Positions 1 to 26,049 of a stretch of DNA of 64,000 bases are shown in pieces. Source of the stretch: Macrostomum lignano (Eukaryota); contig NIVC01001059.1 in the NCBI GenBank assembly GCA_002269645.1, forward strand, positions 305,370 to 369,369, given 5' to 3'. How positions within the stretch are numbered: position 1 is the first letter of the stretch; each line of letters starts with the position of its first letter. The notes under the pieces were generated by a model. It was not told the origin of the DNA. It worked only from the letters and a program-made list of their open reading frames with translations, and ran no database searches. The position numbers and the translations under genes were made by a program.

Positions 1-156
1 TTTAATTATACTAAATCCTAGATCCTGAAGAGCATAAAAAGGGCAAAATGAGCTAAGTTGATCATCCATGCAGCAGAGAAAGCGTGATATTGAATACGTA
101 ACTTAAATGTATATAAATAAATATTATTCAGCCTGGGCCCTGGCTGGGATGGCTGC

Positions 157-3100
157 TCAGTCGTGCACCTCCTCGGTTACTGAATCAGCAGATGGCACAG
201 GTAGCTGCTCCAGCTGCTGCACCTTCTGCGGCTGCTGACGGTCACCGTCACCCGCTTTCTCATCGTCCTGCAGAAAAAGCGAGCGGGAGGGCGCGGCCTC
301 GAGCTCCTCCTGAGTGAGCACCCGCACCGCATACTCCCCATCAATATCGGCCAGTCCGTGCACCTCCACCGGCTTGTTGCCCTTCAGCAGCTTGGCCAGG
401 TAGGACGTGATGGGTGGGGTGATCACCTGGCCTGGCACTAGCACCGGGATGCCGGGTGGGTAGGCCAGCACCTGGTCGCAGCAGACGCGGCCAGTAAGAG
501 CCTCGTTCGGCCTGCGGATAGATAGCGGATGGGCGGGATAGATACGGATGGTGGGGTAGATATCGGATGGTGGGGTAGATAGCGGATGGGCGGGGTAGAT
601 ATCGGATGGTGGGGTAGATAGCGGATAGGCGGGTAGATAGCGGATGGTGGGGTAGATAGTGGATAGGCGGGGTAGATAGCGGATGGGCGGGGTAGATAGC
701 GGATGGGCGGCGGGGTAGATAGCGGATGGGGGGTAGATAGCGGATTGGTCGGGGTAGATAGCGGATGGCGGGGTTGATAGTGGATAGGCGAGGTAGATAG
801 CGGATGGCGGGGTAGATAGTGAATAGGCAGGGTAGATAGCGGATGGGCGGGGTAGATAGCGGATGGGCGGCGGGGTAGATAGCGGATGGCGGGGTAGATA
901 GCGGATGGCGGGGTAGATAGCGGATGGCGGGGTAGATAGTGAATACGCGGGGTAGATAGCGGATGGGCGGGGTAGATAGCGGATGGGCGGGGTAGATATC
1001 GGATGGGCGGCGGGGTAGATAGCGGATGGCGGGGTAGATAGTGGATAGGCAGGGTAGATAGCGGATGGCGGGGTAGATAGTGAATAGGCGGGGTAGATAG
1101 CGGATGGGCGGGGTAGATAGCAGATGGGCGGCGGGGTAGATAGCGGATGGCGGGGTAGATAGTGGATAGGCGGGGTAGATAGCGGATGGCGGGGTTGATA
1201 GTGGATAGGCGAGGTAGATAGCGGATGGCGGGGTTGGAGAGCGGGCGTGTCACTCACCGGCCATCATCGTCCAGCAGATAGAGACACTCGCCCGACTCGT
1301 AGAAAGCGCTGCGCGGCAGGCAAGCCAGCCAGCTGAAGTGCGGCACCTCCGCCATCCGGTAGGACTGCTTCGGCACCCGGCGCCGGTCCTTGGCCAGGCG
1401 GAACATGGCGTCGCACAGGCGGGACACCTTGCTGCGGGTGGTGCCCACGCCCAGCAGCAGCGTCAGCGTGCTGAATGTCGACTTCTCGCCCTGGATGTTG
1501 TACTTGTCGAACAGCACCTGGCATTGATGGTCGGGAAGGTTTTAAAATTCTGTATAGTCAGTGCATTCGACTTTTCTACTTTGATTTCTTAGGCGCGACA
1601 CAAAATTCTTTTTTTAATTTTACAGTGAGAATCCTGTTGTGTTGTGCACTTTTACGGTGCCTGTGTACCTGCCTCCCAGCGGGCTGGGGTCACCCCTCAA
1701 CTAGTTGTTTACAGTACTTTTTGTTATTCCCCCCTTTGCGTTGCCGCAGCCAGAGGCTTAAGTCGGTGTGAGTTTTGGCATTTGTTCGCTCGCCCTGCGT
1801 GGTGATTGGTCGCGGCCAGCCAGTCGCGTAGTGATTGGCTGGGCCGGTGGCGGGCGTGGTGCTGACGTCCCCCGGGGGAATGGCTGGGGGTTGGTGGGGT
1901 GGTGGAGTTGAGAGCGCGTGGCCCTCCCCCCTCCGCGGGCGTGTGCTATTTAACATCGCTCGCGGCGGATTGGAGCGGTGCGCGTCTCGACTGTCCCCTC
2001 TCTGTGAACTCGATTTTTCGTCAGAGCTATATACACCGAAAAAGGCCATCTACCTGAGCCCTGAGCGACAGCCGCCAGCTAAGTAAGTGCGCATTCTGCC
2101 TTTTTTCTTTCGGTTGCCTAGGGGGGCAGAGAGTCCGTGTGTCCGGACACCGACTCAGCTAGTTGGGGTTGATACCAGTACGTCAGAAGGATACCTACCG
2201 TACGCCTCTACGCCTCTACGCCAGCCAGTGCGTCCCGACGCCTCGCTGAAGGCGGCCCGCACCACTGCGTCCCGACGCGTGGGAAGGCTGCGTGGGTGCG
2301 TCCTGACGCCCCAGACTGTCAGGGGAAGTGCTCGCCCTAGCGCCCGCGTGCAGGCTTAGCAAGGACCCGATTGTACTGTACCCTGGTAGGACTACCCTAC
2401 TGCCGGGCCGGGGGCTGCAGGGATACAACAATCCCTTCAAATCCAACAATGAAAAACTCATATTCACTGACATCCCAAAGTGAGGACTAAAACTCGCTCA
2501 AATCCCACAAACCTGTTCCATCTCGTCGGCGCTGTAGCCAGACTTGGAGATGTCCACAGTCAGCTTGGTGGGGTCCAGCCGAACCCCGTCATTGCGCACC
2601 TCATCGGGCAGGAGGTCGCCGATGTCCAGTACGCGGAAGACGCCGGTGGAGTTGATTTTCTGGCGAAGTTCAGCGCCCAGTTTGAGGGTCCGGTCCAGCA
2701 GCTTGTAGCCCTCCATCATTGCCTGCTTCCGGCCAACGTCCAGGCTGGCGATGAGAGCGTACTGTGGGCTCGTGGAGGCGTACATGTTGAAGTTCTCACG
2801 GAAAAGGTGCTCGTCGAACTCCGGGTCGTTGACGTGGACCATGCTGGCCTGCGAGAAGGAGGTCAACGTCTTGTGGATGCTCTGCGTTACGTAGTCGGCG
2901 CCGCACTCCAGCGCGGTGGGCCGGAAGGCCGGATGGAAGCGGGCGAAGGCGTACCAGGCCTCGTCAATGATCACCTGCGGGATTTGGTGGCGTTGGGAGC
3001 GCGGGTTCCGAAATTGCAAAGTGGCATCCCGGTTATGAAAGGTTCATGAGATGCTTTGAAACACATTGACTATAACAACGGCACCAAGCCGATTCAAGCG

Positions 3101-4149
3101 TTTAAAGGCAGCACTAAAGTACTCAGGCGGCATCCGTATAAACAAACCTTGATGCCGGCCTTGTGCGCAGCCTCAACAATGGGCTTCAGGTCGTACAGCA
3201 TACCATCGTAGGTGCAGCAGGTGAGAATGAGCGCCTTGGCGTCCGGATTCTCCTTGATAGCCCGGTAGATGGTGGCCTTCGGCACAGGGCCGAAGATGCC
3301 GAACTCCCTGCACACGGAGGAGTCCAAGTAGATGGGCCGAGCGTCCGACAGGATCACGCCGTGGTGGACGGACTTGTGGCAGTTGCGGTCCAGCAGGAGC
3401 TTGTCGCCCGGGGCCAGCAGAGTCTGGAAGATGATCTTATTGGTGGTGGAGGTGCCGTTGGTGGCCAGATAGGTCTTGCGGGCGCCGAAGGCCGTGGCGG
3501 CCAGGTTCTGGGCGGTGGCGATGACCCCAGTGGGGTGCAGCAGCGAGTCCAGCATGGGCACGGAGACCGACAGGTCGGCCCTGAGCAGATTCTCCCCCAC
3601 GAACTCGTAAAAATCGCTGACCCAGGGCGAGTTCTTGAGCGAGTCGCCGCCAGAGTGACCGGGCGAGTGCCAGGAATCCTTGGCCATCTTCACATAGGCC
3701 TGCAGCGCATCGTAGAACGGCGTGGCGGACTTCTCGGCCAGCTCGGCGGACAGGATGCGGAACCAGCCGTGGTAGTCGGGCTCGTCCCGGTCGAAGTAGC
3801 CGTCCACGGCGTGGCTGACCAGCTCCTCCACCATGGCGCGCTCGTCATCGCTGAGCACAACATAGAGGGACAGCTCCGGCCGCCAGGAGTTGATGCGGTT
3901 GGCCAGGTCCAAGGCCGCCTGGCCGGGGCCGAGGCCGGCCAGCGACTTGTCAATCACCACCAGCTGCAGGTCGCCGTCCGCCTTCACCGTCTGCATGGCG
4001 TGGTCTCCGGTGCGCGCGGACACGAATGCGATGCCGAACGGGTTGTCAAGGCGAGCGCTGGCCGAGGCCAGGCCGCTCAGAGCCGGCTCCAGCCAGGCCG
4101 CGTCGTTGCTGACGACCAGCGCACGGCTTACCGGCTTTAGCGACGGCAT
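157..4149 (-). CDS. Bacterial-type (class I, AAT-fold, PLP-dependent) Orn/Lys/Arg decarboxylase with N-terminal receiver-like wing domain; 4 coding exons, 692 aa
   Basis: Exons (minus): 4149-3148, 2974-2513, 1517-1258, 511-157. All introns are GT..AG (GTTTGT/CAG, GTTTGT/CAG, GTGAGT/CAG), phases 0,0,2. Joined length 2079 nt = 692 aa + TGA in one frame. Family motifs in order: SPGHSGG, NGTSTTNK, DRNCHKSVHH, TYDG, DEAW (just after intron 1), TQSIHKTL (PLP lysine), STSPQYALIASLD, DPTKLT, YPPGIPVLVPG. The first ~140 aa resemble the wing domain of LdcI/AdiA/SpeF-type enzymes. Substrate not determinable by eye. Confidence 0.93.
512..1235. repeat. Minisatellite, ~19-22 bp unit GGGGTAGATAGCGGATGG(G)C, filling intron 3 of the decarboxylase
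   Basis: Tandem copies are visible directly. The array runs up to the acceptor at 512-514 and explains the Pro-rich pseudo-ORFs 157..1257 and 438..1253. Confidence 0.97.
1800..2090 (+). promoter_or_regulatory. Promoter-like GC-rich segment inside decarboxylase intron 2, antisense to the gene
   Basis: Three ATTGG (reverse CCAAT) boxes near 1805, 1833 and 1968, TGACGTC near 1863, CTATATA near 2027, then a GTAAGT donor consensus near 2083. Motif-level evidence only. Confidence 0.3.
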
Positions 4150-4194
4150 GGCCTGCTGCGAGCATGCAGAGATTTGAGTCCGGCTCTGCCACTG

Positions 4195-5082
4195 CAGGGG
4201 TCTGGCTTTATTTACTGCTGGGGTCTGGCTTTATTTACTGCTGGGGTCTGGCTTTATTTACTGCTGGGGTCTGGCTTTATTTACTGCTGGGGTCTGGCTT
4301 TATTTACTGCTGGGGTCTGGCTTTATTTACTGCTGGGGTCTGGCTTTATTTACTGCTGGGGTCTGGCTTTATTTACTGCAGGGGTCTGGCTTTATTTACT
4401 GCAGGGGTCTGGCTTTATTTACTGCTGGGGTCTGGCTTTATTTACTGCTGGGATATGGCTTTATTTACTGCTGGGGTCTGGCTTTATTTACTGCTGGGGT
4501 CTGGCTTTATTTACTGCTGGGGTCTGGCATTATTTACTGCTGGGGTCTGGCTTTATTTACTGCTGGGGTCTGGCTTTATTTACTGCTGGGGTCTGGCTTT
4601 ATTTACTGCTGGGGTCTGGCTTTATTACTGCTGGGATGGGGCCTGATTCCGCTGGGGTGGGGTCTGATTCTGCTGGGGTGGGGTCTGATTCTGCTGGGGG
4701 GGGTCTGATTCTGCTGGGGTGGGGTCTGATTCTGCTGGGGTGGGGTCTGATTCTGCTGGGGGGGTCTGATTCTGCTGGGGGGGTCTGGTTCTGCTGGGGT
4801 GGGGTCTGATTCTGCTGGGGAGGGGTCTGATTCTGCTGGAGTGAGGTCTGATTCTGCTGGGGTGGGGTCTGATTCTGCTGGGGAGGGGTCTGATTCTGCT
4901 GGGGGGGTCTGATTCTGCTGGGGTGGGGTCTGATTCTGCTGGGGAGGGGTCTGATTCTGCTGGGGTGGGGTCTGATTCTGCTGGGGAGGGGTCTGATTCT
5001 GCTGGGGGGGGTCTGATTCTGCTGGGGAGGGGTCTGATTCTGCTGGGGGGGGTCTGATTCTGCTGGGGTGGGGTCTGATTCT
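4195..5082. repeat. Two adjacent minisatellites: 23-bp GCTGGGGTCTGGCTTTATTTACT (~4195-4635) and 21-22-bp GGGGTCTGATTCTGCTGGGG(T) (~4636-5082)
   Basis: Direct tandem repeats starting ~45 bp upstream of the decarboxylase ATG. The two units share GGGGTCTG and CTGCTGGGG. Confidence 0.96.
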
Positions 5083-6263
5083 ACTATCAACTAAGACAGT
5101 GAAAATACAGACAACACAAAGACCGCTGAGTTCCTGATCCAGACTAAAACACTGTCCTTGGTCCAAAGACAAAAGGATGAAATTATCAATAAATTTATTA
5201 ATAAACAGGAATTAGCAAAATGGTGAATACAAGGCGGAATACTAGAGCGCGCCGGCTGCCGAAAACAGTATAGGGAAGTCGGCACTGGCAGGCATAAAAT
5301 ATAAGGCGTTTTCTATCCTAAATTGGAATCACGTAGAAAAATTTACATCATTTTTCTCCTTACGCATCACCCTACTACTATTAAGTAGGAATAAGTGAAA
5401 ATAGAAATTAAAAAAAGGCGAAGGCCGCTGCCAGAGCCGGAAATGTTAATAAATGGAGACAGAGGAAGACGGTGACTCGAGTGCGGAATGAGCTGCTGGG
5501 CCCTGCCTCAGTTTACTGATAGGCTTGAATACAATAGAAACTAAACTGCTGAAAAAGTGGCTCTCAGTAAAACTCCTAAAGGTTCGTTGAGTTCAGTGCG
5601 ATTGAAAAAGTTCACTGAAATGAGGCTCTGGGTGAGACGACACAACAGGACAGGGAGCTGCGCAATGCTGCTAATCGTGTATAGGATAAAGACTGAGTAT
5701 GCTGAGTACAGTACGCTGAGCACGTGCAGTATGCACAGCAAATATACAGTATGCTGAGTAGCTGAGTAGCTCAGGCGGGCCGGGCAGCGCCAGTCTCAAT
5801 TTTCTGCTTCATTCTCCGAGCCGCTGGTGCTGCTAAAGCGTTGTGGAGCCAAAGAGGAGCTTGGCCTGCGGGTTGCAATGGGGCGATTTGGGACCCGTCA
5901 ATAAGATGTAAGCTGGTCAGACTGGCTGCGGAATTAGTCCATAAATTTGGCCTGCACAAAGCGGTAACTACTACTATAAATACGAGTTTGCTTAGATGCG
6001 TGAACTCTGCAGGCTGGCGGCTTGAAATGGTTAGGCATGTGAGCGATAGGTTGGGGATAGACTTTGCGGCCAGGGAGGCCCTTCTACATGTACATGGAGT
6101 AGATAGCAACCAATTTACAGGTGCTGTGAGGCGCTAGGGTGAGCTAGGATTGACGCCACAGCTGCATCCTTGAGGTCCTCCACCTGAGCTCAGACCACGT
6201 CCCGACCTGCGGCCGTTCGCAGAACGAGAAATCGCGGAAATCGGCGACGAACTTGAGCGGGGC

Positions 6264-6487
6264 CGGATGCGGAACCGGATGCGGAACCGGATGCGGAACC
6301 GGATGCGGAACCAGATTCGTAACTGAATATGGAACTAGATCCGGAACCAGATACGGATCCGGAACCAGATACGGATACAGATACGGAACCAGATACGGAT
6401 CCGGAACCAGATACGGATCCGGAACCAGATCCGGAACCAGATCCGGAACCAGATCCGGAACCAGATGCGGAACCAGATGCGGAACCA
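6264..6487. repeat. Short-period repeat (GGAACCAGATCC / GGAACCGGATGC, 12-bp with 6-bp variants)
   Basis: Tandem copies seen directly. Confidence 0.92.
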
Positions 6488-7489
6488 ACAGCGTCGATTG
6501 CCGGCAGTGGCGGCTGCAGTTATCAAAATTCAGCACCGATTATGAGTAAGTAGGATAAGAGAAATTAGAAAGAAGATTCTGGAGCTTGATTTGAGTCGCA
6601 ATTTTGGTAAGCTACGGCAGAGAAATAAAAATTCTGCATCCGAGTTATGGATCTTTAGACGGCACGAATATTGGAATTAAAAAAATCAAATGAGAAATTT
6701 CTGGCAAAAAAACCATAATGCGATTATGACAAAGCAAGCCAATACGTAGTAAGAAAGCACTACTACGAGTAGGACATCAGGGCACGGCAAACTGTGCAAT
6801 CCGACAACATAAACAGAAACGATTCCGATTTCCATCTTCCTCTACTGTAAGTAGGCTTTTCAGAATAAAATAACAAACAATCGACCATTTCTCAGGCCAA
6901 TCGAATCGGCAAAAAAACTACAAATCGCTGCAAAACAGTTCGCCCCGCCCTGCCCGCATGTTGCGGACTTGCGCGTCCACCTGGCCGGGGCTCACCTGGC
7001 CCACCTACCTCTGGCCAAGCCGGTCGAACTTCCTAGACAGCGACGGCGAGCGCTTCTGCTTGAATTGGTGCACGGGTTTTCGGGCTAAACAGGCTGGGCG
7101 AGGACTTGCACACTGCTGGCTAATTGGCTAATTGGCTAATTGGCTAATTGCTTGATTGGCACAACACCCAGGAGCAGCGTGCGGTGGCTCAAAGGTCACA
7201 TATTCCCAAAATGAAACATAAAAAATCAATTTTTCTCTTCAAAACCTAAGGTTGAAAGTAAAAGCAACAGTGGCAATGAGAAGGAACTGGAGCAAACTGA
7301 GCACAACAACAGCGTATTATAGTAAAACAAAAGGTGCAGTTTTCTGTTTAAATGTAACCGAATACCAAATTAAAAGTGGAGGAGTGCCGGGGAGCTTTTC
7401 TTTACCGTCATCTTGTCCACGGGAATGCTGGACCAGCTCCTCAGGCTGGGGGGTGAAGTAGTGAGGGTGGGAGGATGAGACACGCTCAC

Positions 7490-8230
7490 ACACAAACACA
7501 GACACACACTCTAGTCACATATTCACAGAAACTAATCATATAATCACACCATTCACACAAACTAGTCACACATTCATAAAACTAATCACAACTTCACAAA
7601 AACTAGTCACATATTCACACAAACTAGTCACACATTCACACAACTAGTCACATATTCACACAAACTAGTCACACATTCACACAAACTAGTCACATATTCA
7701 CACAAACTAGTCACACACTCACACAAACTAGTCACACATTCACACAAACTAGTCACACTTTCACACAAACTAGTCACACACTGACACAAACTAGTTACAC
7801 ATTCACACAAACTAGTCACACATTCACACAAACTAGTCACATATTCACAGAGACTAGTCACACACTCACACAAACTAGTCACATATTCACACAAACTAGT
7901 CACATATTCACACACTCTAGTCACATATTCACACAACTAGTCACACATTCACAAAAACTACTCACATATTCACACAAACTAGTCACATATTCACACAAAC
8001 TAGTCACACATTCACACAAACTAGTCACATATTCACACAAACTAGTCACATATTCACACAAACTAGTCACACATTCACAAAAACTAGTCACACATTCACA
8101 CAAACTAGTCACATATTCACACAAACTAGTCACATATTCACACAAACTAGTCACAAATTCACACAAACTAGTCAAATATTCACACAAACTAGTCACACAT
8201 TCACACAAACTAGTCACATATTCACACAAA
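7490..8230. repeat. 21-bp minisatellite CACACAAACTAGTCACA(T/C)ATT
   Basis: Tandem copies; source of the CEYVTSL pseudo-ORFs. Confidence 0.96.
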
Positions 8231-8889
8231 CCAATCAACGCGCAATCACACAAGCCGTGTGACGCACCTCATCGAGACGGTGGCAGCCACCTGAATGCTG
8301 GTGACAGATGCGAAGTCAAGCTGAAAAGGCCGGGCGGTTTCTTAGAATTGAGAAACCCGCTAGCAACTGTCCTGCCATTCGCTGGATTCACATCAAGTTA
8401 AATGCCAAATATGTCAGGTGCGAGCTCAGGCGTGGATTTATTAATATTGAAACACAGGAAAAATGTACTTTAATTGGCACAAATAATTGGATGCGCAGAA
8501 ATTCTACGAGCAATTTGGGGCAAATATCAGATACTACACATGACAGCAATAGCTGCCTGTTAGGGTGGTGAGTTATCACATCACTGGTTAGAACGAGCTA
8601 AAATAAATATGAATTAAAACTGACCTTATGGACAATGGACAATGAGATTAACAATGACTACGGACAGTGAGATGAACAAAGACTATGAACAGTCGGATGA
8701 ACAAAGAATATGAACAGTGAGTTGAAAACAAAGACTATGGGCAAGGAGAGGAACAAAGACTATGAACAGTCGGATGAACAAAGAATATGAACAGTGAGTT
8801 GAAAACAAAGACTATGGGCAGGGAGAGGAACAAAGACTATGGACAGTGAGATGGAATCGATACAGTACTAAGACAAAGGATTTGCAGCC

Positions 8890-22451
<13,562 letters not shown>

Positions 22452-22527
22452 GGCTGCACTGGCTCTGTAGGCGGCTACATCAATCAGTATTGAGTGGTTG
22501 CTATGGAAATTAAAAATTGTTCCAAAT

Positions 22528-22960
22528 CCATGATACTAAAAATAGTTTGTCAGTATCTAGGTAAGTATCTATGTGATTGATTTCAGAAAAAACGGCTCAA
22601 CCAATTTTCTTCAAACTTGCACCATTTTATCATTTTTTCCTTTGGGACTAAAAATAACTTTTTAGCAAGGAATAGTTGTTCGTTTTTAATTCTGTTTCAA
22701 AGAAAGCAATTGCATATTTTAAGTAAAAGCTCAAAACAATATATTCAATTCATATAGATTATTTACTTAAATATTACAAGTTAACCACTGAACTTCTTTG
22801 AATAAAAGCATAATGAAAAAAAACAAATACATACCGTTAAAAATCTTATAAAAACAAATATCTATATTTATAGAATTAGAAGTTTGAAGAAAACTGGTTC
22901 AGCAGTTTTTTCTAAAATCGTTCACACACATACCTACGGACAAACCATTTTTAGTATATG
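22528..22960. mobile_element. MITE-like element with ~85-bp imperfect inverted ends
   Basis: Left end CCATGATACTAAAAATAGTTTGTC...AAAAAACGGCTCAACCAATTTTCTTCAAACTT. Right end in reverse complement CCATATACTAAAAATGGTTTGTCC...AAAAAACTGCTGAACCAGTTTTCTTCAAACTT. AT-rich non-coding interior. Confidence 0.6.
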
Positions 22961-24036
22961 GAAATAGTTGGGCATCAATGAAAGACTTGCCAAAATACTG
23001 TTTAGTTTAAGCAAATATAAATTCATAACTGTAATGAAAACTCATAATAACTTAGATATTTAATTCAATACAATGATGTAGCTTTGAATAGGTTAAAGCC
23101 AAAGAAAGGGTGGGGTGGCCATCTCAAGGAGATAAAATGTAAAAAATGGAGCTACTTTTGAAGTAGCTCAAAAATTTGTGAGACAAGTCGATTTTTACTA
23201 AAGTACCTATTTTCCCTTGGCTCCCTTTTCGGTATTGACCTCTTATAGTGATCTAATTCCATAGCTCAAACTGACTGGATTTGTATGTTGCATTATTAAT
23301 ATTAATCATGAAATTTAGCTAGGAATATACTGTGCATACTAGAAACAAATAGATAAATTAAATTAAATTTATAAAATATTGAAACTAAATTCGCTATTTA
23401 ATAAGCTTAAAACAAAATATCAAGACTGCAGTGTGGGTCTCGGTCAGGTCAGGTCCAATTCAATTCCAAAGTAAGGAAAATACTCGTAACTTGCATGTAA
23501 TTTGAAAAAAGAGACTACTCTTGTTTAAATTTATAACAAGTCATATAGAATTAAGTAAGCTCTTTATATACATTGAAATTGCCATTTTTAATACATAAGA
23601 AAAAATACATTTAAGATCATTTTATTCAAAGATTAGGTGTTCTTTTTTCGTAACAGTAAAAAAGCATAATTTGCGCTCGTTTCCAAAACTACACAAAAAT
23701 CAAGGACTACTCTAGTAGAAGAAATGACCTCGTGTCTTAGAAATTTCTAGAAGGTGTGTTGACGTTCGATCCACTGCATGGAGGCCAGACTGTCTAGCCA
23801 TCTTTGAGTGCCCTTGAAAATCCGCCTTTTAAATTTCACAGGATAATGTACAGTATGGTTGAACCAATTAGTAAGCTGTTTACGTCTGCAATTAGCTTGG
23901 CTTCTAAACTGATTAAAATCATCGCAGCTGCCTTTCATTTATTCTTATGAAATATCATACTGCATGCATTCTTCATTGCTATTAAACTGAAAGTAGAAAG
24001 CTGTTTTGCTAAGTATATATTATGCAGGAGTGGCCC

Positions 24037-24382
24037 GGGTCCATAAGAATTTCCCGCAGACGAATTGCCCGCCGAGTTTTTTCCCGCCAAGGTTTGCCCG
24101 CAATGCTTTTTCCTGCAGCGCATTTGGCAGCTAGATTCTGTCTGAATTCCCCCCCCCCCAAAAAAAATACGCATTTGATATATGCATGCAGTTACTATCA
24201 AAACGTTTTGATCGGGTAAATCTCTTTATTAAAACTTACTATAAGCATTGGCGAGGCAATTCAGACAAAATCTGCCGCGTGGCCAAATGCGCTGCAGGAA
24301 AAAAGCAATGCGGGCAAATCTCGGCGGGCATATATTCGCTCGCGGGCAAATTGCACTGCGGGCATTTCTCGTGCTCCCGATC
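24037..24382. mobile_element. MITE-like element with ~90-bp inverted arms made of CCCGC subrepeats
   Basis: 24047-24130 is the reverse complement of 24274-24368 (shared TTTGCCCGCA-TGCTTTTTCCTGCAGCGCATTTGG). An 8-bp direct repeat AGTGGCCC lies at 24029-24036 and 24383-24390. Confidence 0.6.
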
Positions 24383-25580
24383 AGTGGCCCATCCAGTTAT
24401 TCTACAGGGGTCGACAAAACTTTTACCTCAAGGGCTAGATGAAGAATCCGGCTCATTCTGCGGAGTGGAAAGGATCGAGGTAATTAGAAGATGAGAGATT
24501 GGAGAGAGAGTGGAGATGGTAGAGAGGAAAGGATCAGAGAGGAGAGGAGAGAGGAACAGGGAGAGGGGAGAGAAGAGAGAAGAGAGGGTGTCTGGTGTCT
24601 GAACTTAACGAGACACCAACCTTGAGCGGACGGGATTGCTATTGTGAAGTTTCAATGAACCATGCAGAATTGTGTACATGACTAACATACATGTACATAT
24701 TGTACACGTACAACAGTACATGTGTTTTTTTGCAGTCGATCAATCATTGCCCTTCGCAAGCCATATTTCATATCCTGGAAAAGCATATTGGAAGATGGCT
24801 CATAATCGCGCGGGTTAGAAATACTGCAAGGTCTTGCAAAAACATTTAAGATTTGCCACCAGTAACTTTTCGATGCTTTTAGTTGGCCTCCTCTCACAAT
24901 TTTCACGATTCCGCTTTAGTGAAGCCCTCGATGGAATGATGAAAAAACACTGCAAAACACGATCAACACTTCAATTTGAAATGAAATTTTACGAGTGAAA
25001 GTCCACGACTCGTCCACTACAAGTCGCGATCTTGTATGATAATCATGAGTATTTATGAATATTGTAAGAATTATCTACAATCATTCTCAGTTGACATCAG
25101 GCATCGATGATTTTTGTCACAATGCCAGCTTGTAAGTCGTATCAAAATTAAGAATTTGTACTTCAATTTTCGGCGGCTACGAGATTTATTTTTGCGCGAA
25201 GGAAAATGGGGACAGGCCACCTAAAAATATTATAAATTCAATGCTGAAACTGAAATCACTCGAATTAACTCAGTGCTGAGGGTACAGTTTCAATATATTT
25301 GAAACATTTAGACAAAAAACTGAATTACAAATTACAAGAGTCCACTGAGTTGCTTGCTGCAAGCATGTTCGAAAACGATAAGTAGCTGTTAAAAACAGCT
25401 GCATTGCTGCTCTTCAGGGTTCCTCCTCCATCAGCATGTCGAATCTCACTTCTGCAAGGTAAATCAAAATAATAAGCACACAAGTAAAAGACCTCTTAGA
25501 AAAAAGACCAGTTATGATCAAGACCAAAATATTGGCGAGAAAAGCCGCCTGCAGACCGCACTGCATTCTCAGTTTACGAA

Positions 25581-26049
25581 TAGGGGTCGCAATCGAATCC
25601 CAGGATAAATTTTTGCGTTTTTTACAGTGTTATAAAATGAACAAATTGGGCCCAAAACTACGCTCGTAGTTCATTATTTATACTGCGCTAATCTCCGTAG
25701 TTGCCTCACGTCGTGTGGTGTTTATTTCAACCCGAGTGACAACTAAAAGTCTGTTAGAATTTTCGTTTTCGTTTTTCAAATTACGAGTACTTAATGGCTA
25801 CACTTGGTATTGGTTGGTAGTTGCTAGTTGCTAGATTTGATGCTGTATGAGAGTGAGAGTAGATAGTCTCAATAGAGTCAATTTAGAGCTTTAGAAACTT
25901 TAACAAAATCTTTTACACTTTTTCTACTCTACTATCTACATTCGACATACAGTACACAATACATACATGTATCTCGCATTACATACAAGCTTAAAAATCT
26001 GTATTTTTCTGATTACAGGATCGCAAAAAACGGGATTTTGCGATCCCTA
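25581..26049. mobile_element. Non-autonomous hAT-type element (469 bp)
   Basis: Perfect 8-bp TSD TTTACGAA (25573-25580, 26050-26057). Termini TAGGGGTCGCAA / TTGCGATCCCTA. An 8-bp TSD with TAGGG ends is typical of hAT. Confidence 0.85.

Noticed and set aside
2480-4140. Plus-strand ORFs 2480..3049 and 3163..4140
   Set aside because: Antisense shadows of GC3-rich decarboxylase exons; no independent motifs.
157-4149. Bacterial contamination as the source of the decarboxylase
   Set aside because: Three GT-AG introns restore the frame precisely at conserved motifs, one intron has host-style minisatellite, and the gene is contiguous with KANK.
4160-4185. Spliced-leader-like motif (GACTCAAATCTCTGCATG, minus strand) just upstream of the decarboxylase ATG
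   Set aside because: Only a partial resemblance to my unverified recollection of a flatworm SL 3' end. It is short, lies on the intron side of an acceptor, and the gene has introns, so a retrocopy origin is unsupported.
5760-6140. Short ORFs between KANK and the decarboxylase
   Set aside because: No recognisable domain or splice-supported structure; more likely UTR or intergenic sequence.
24682-24906. Possible piggyBac-like transposase C-terminal remnant (KSYWWQILNVF)
   Set aside because: A single weak motif with no catalytic residues or TTAA-flanked ends found.
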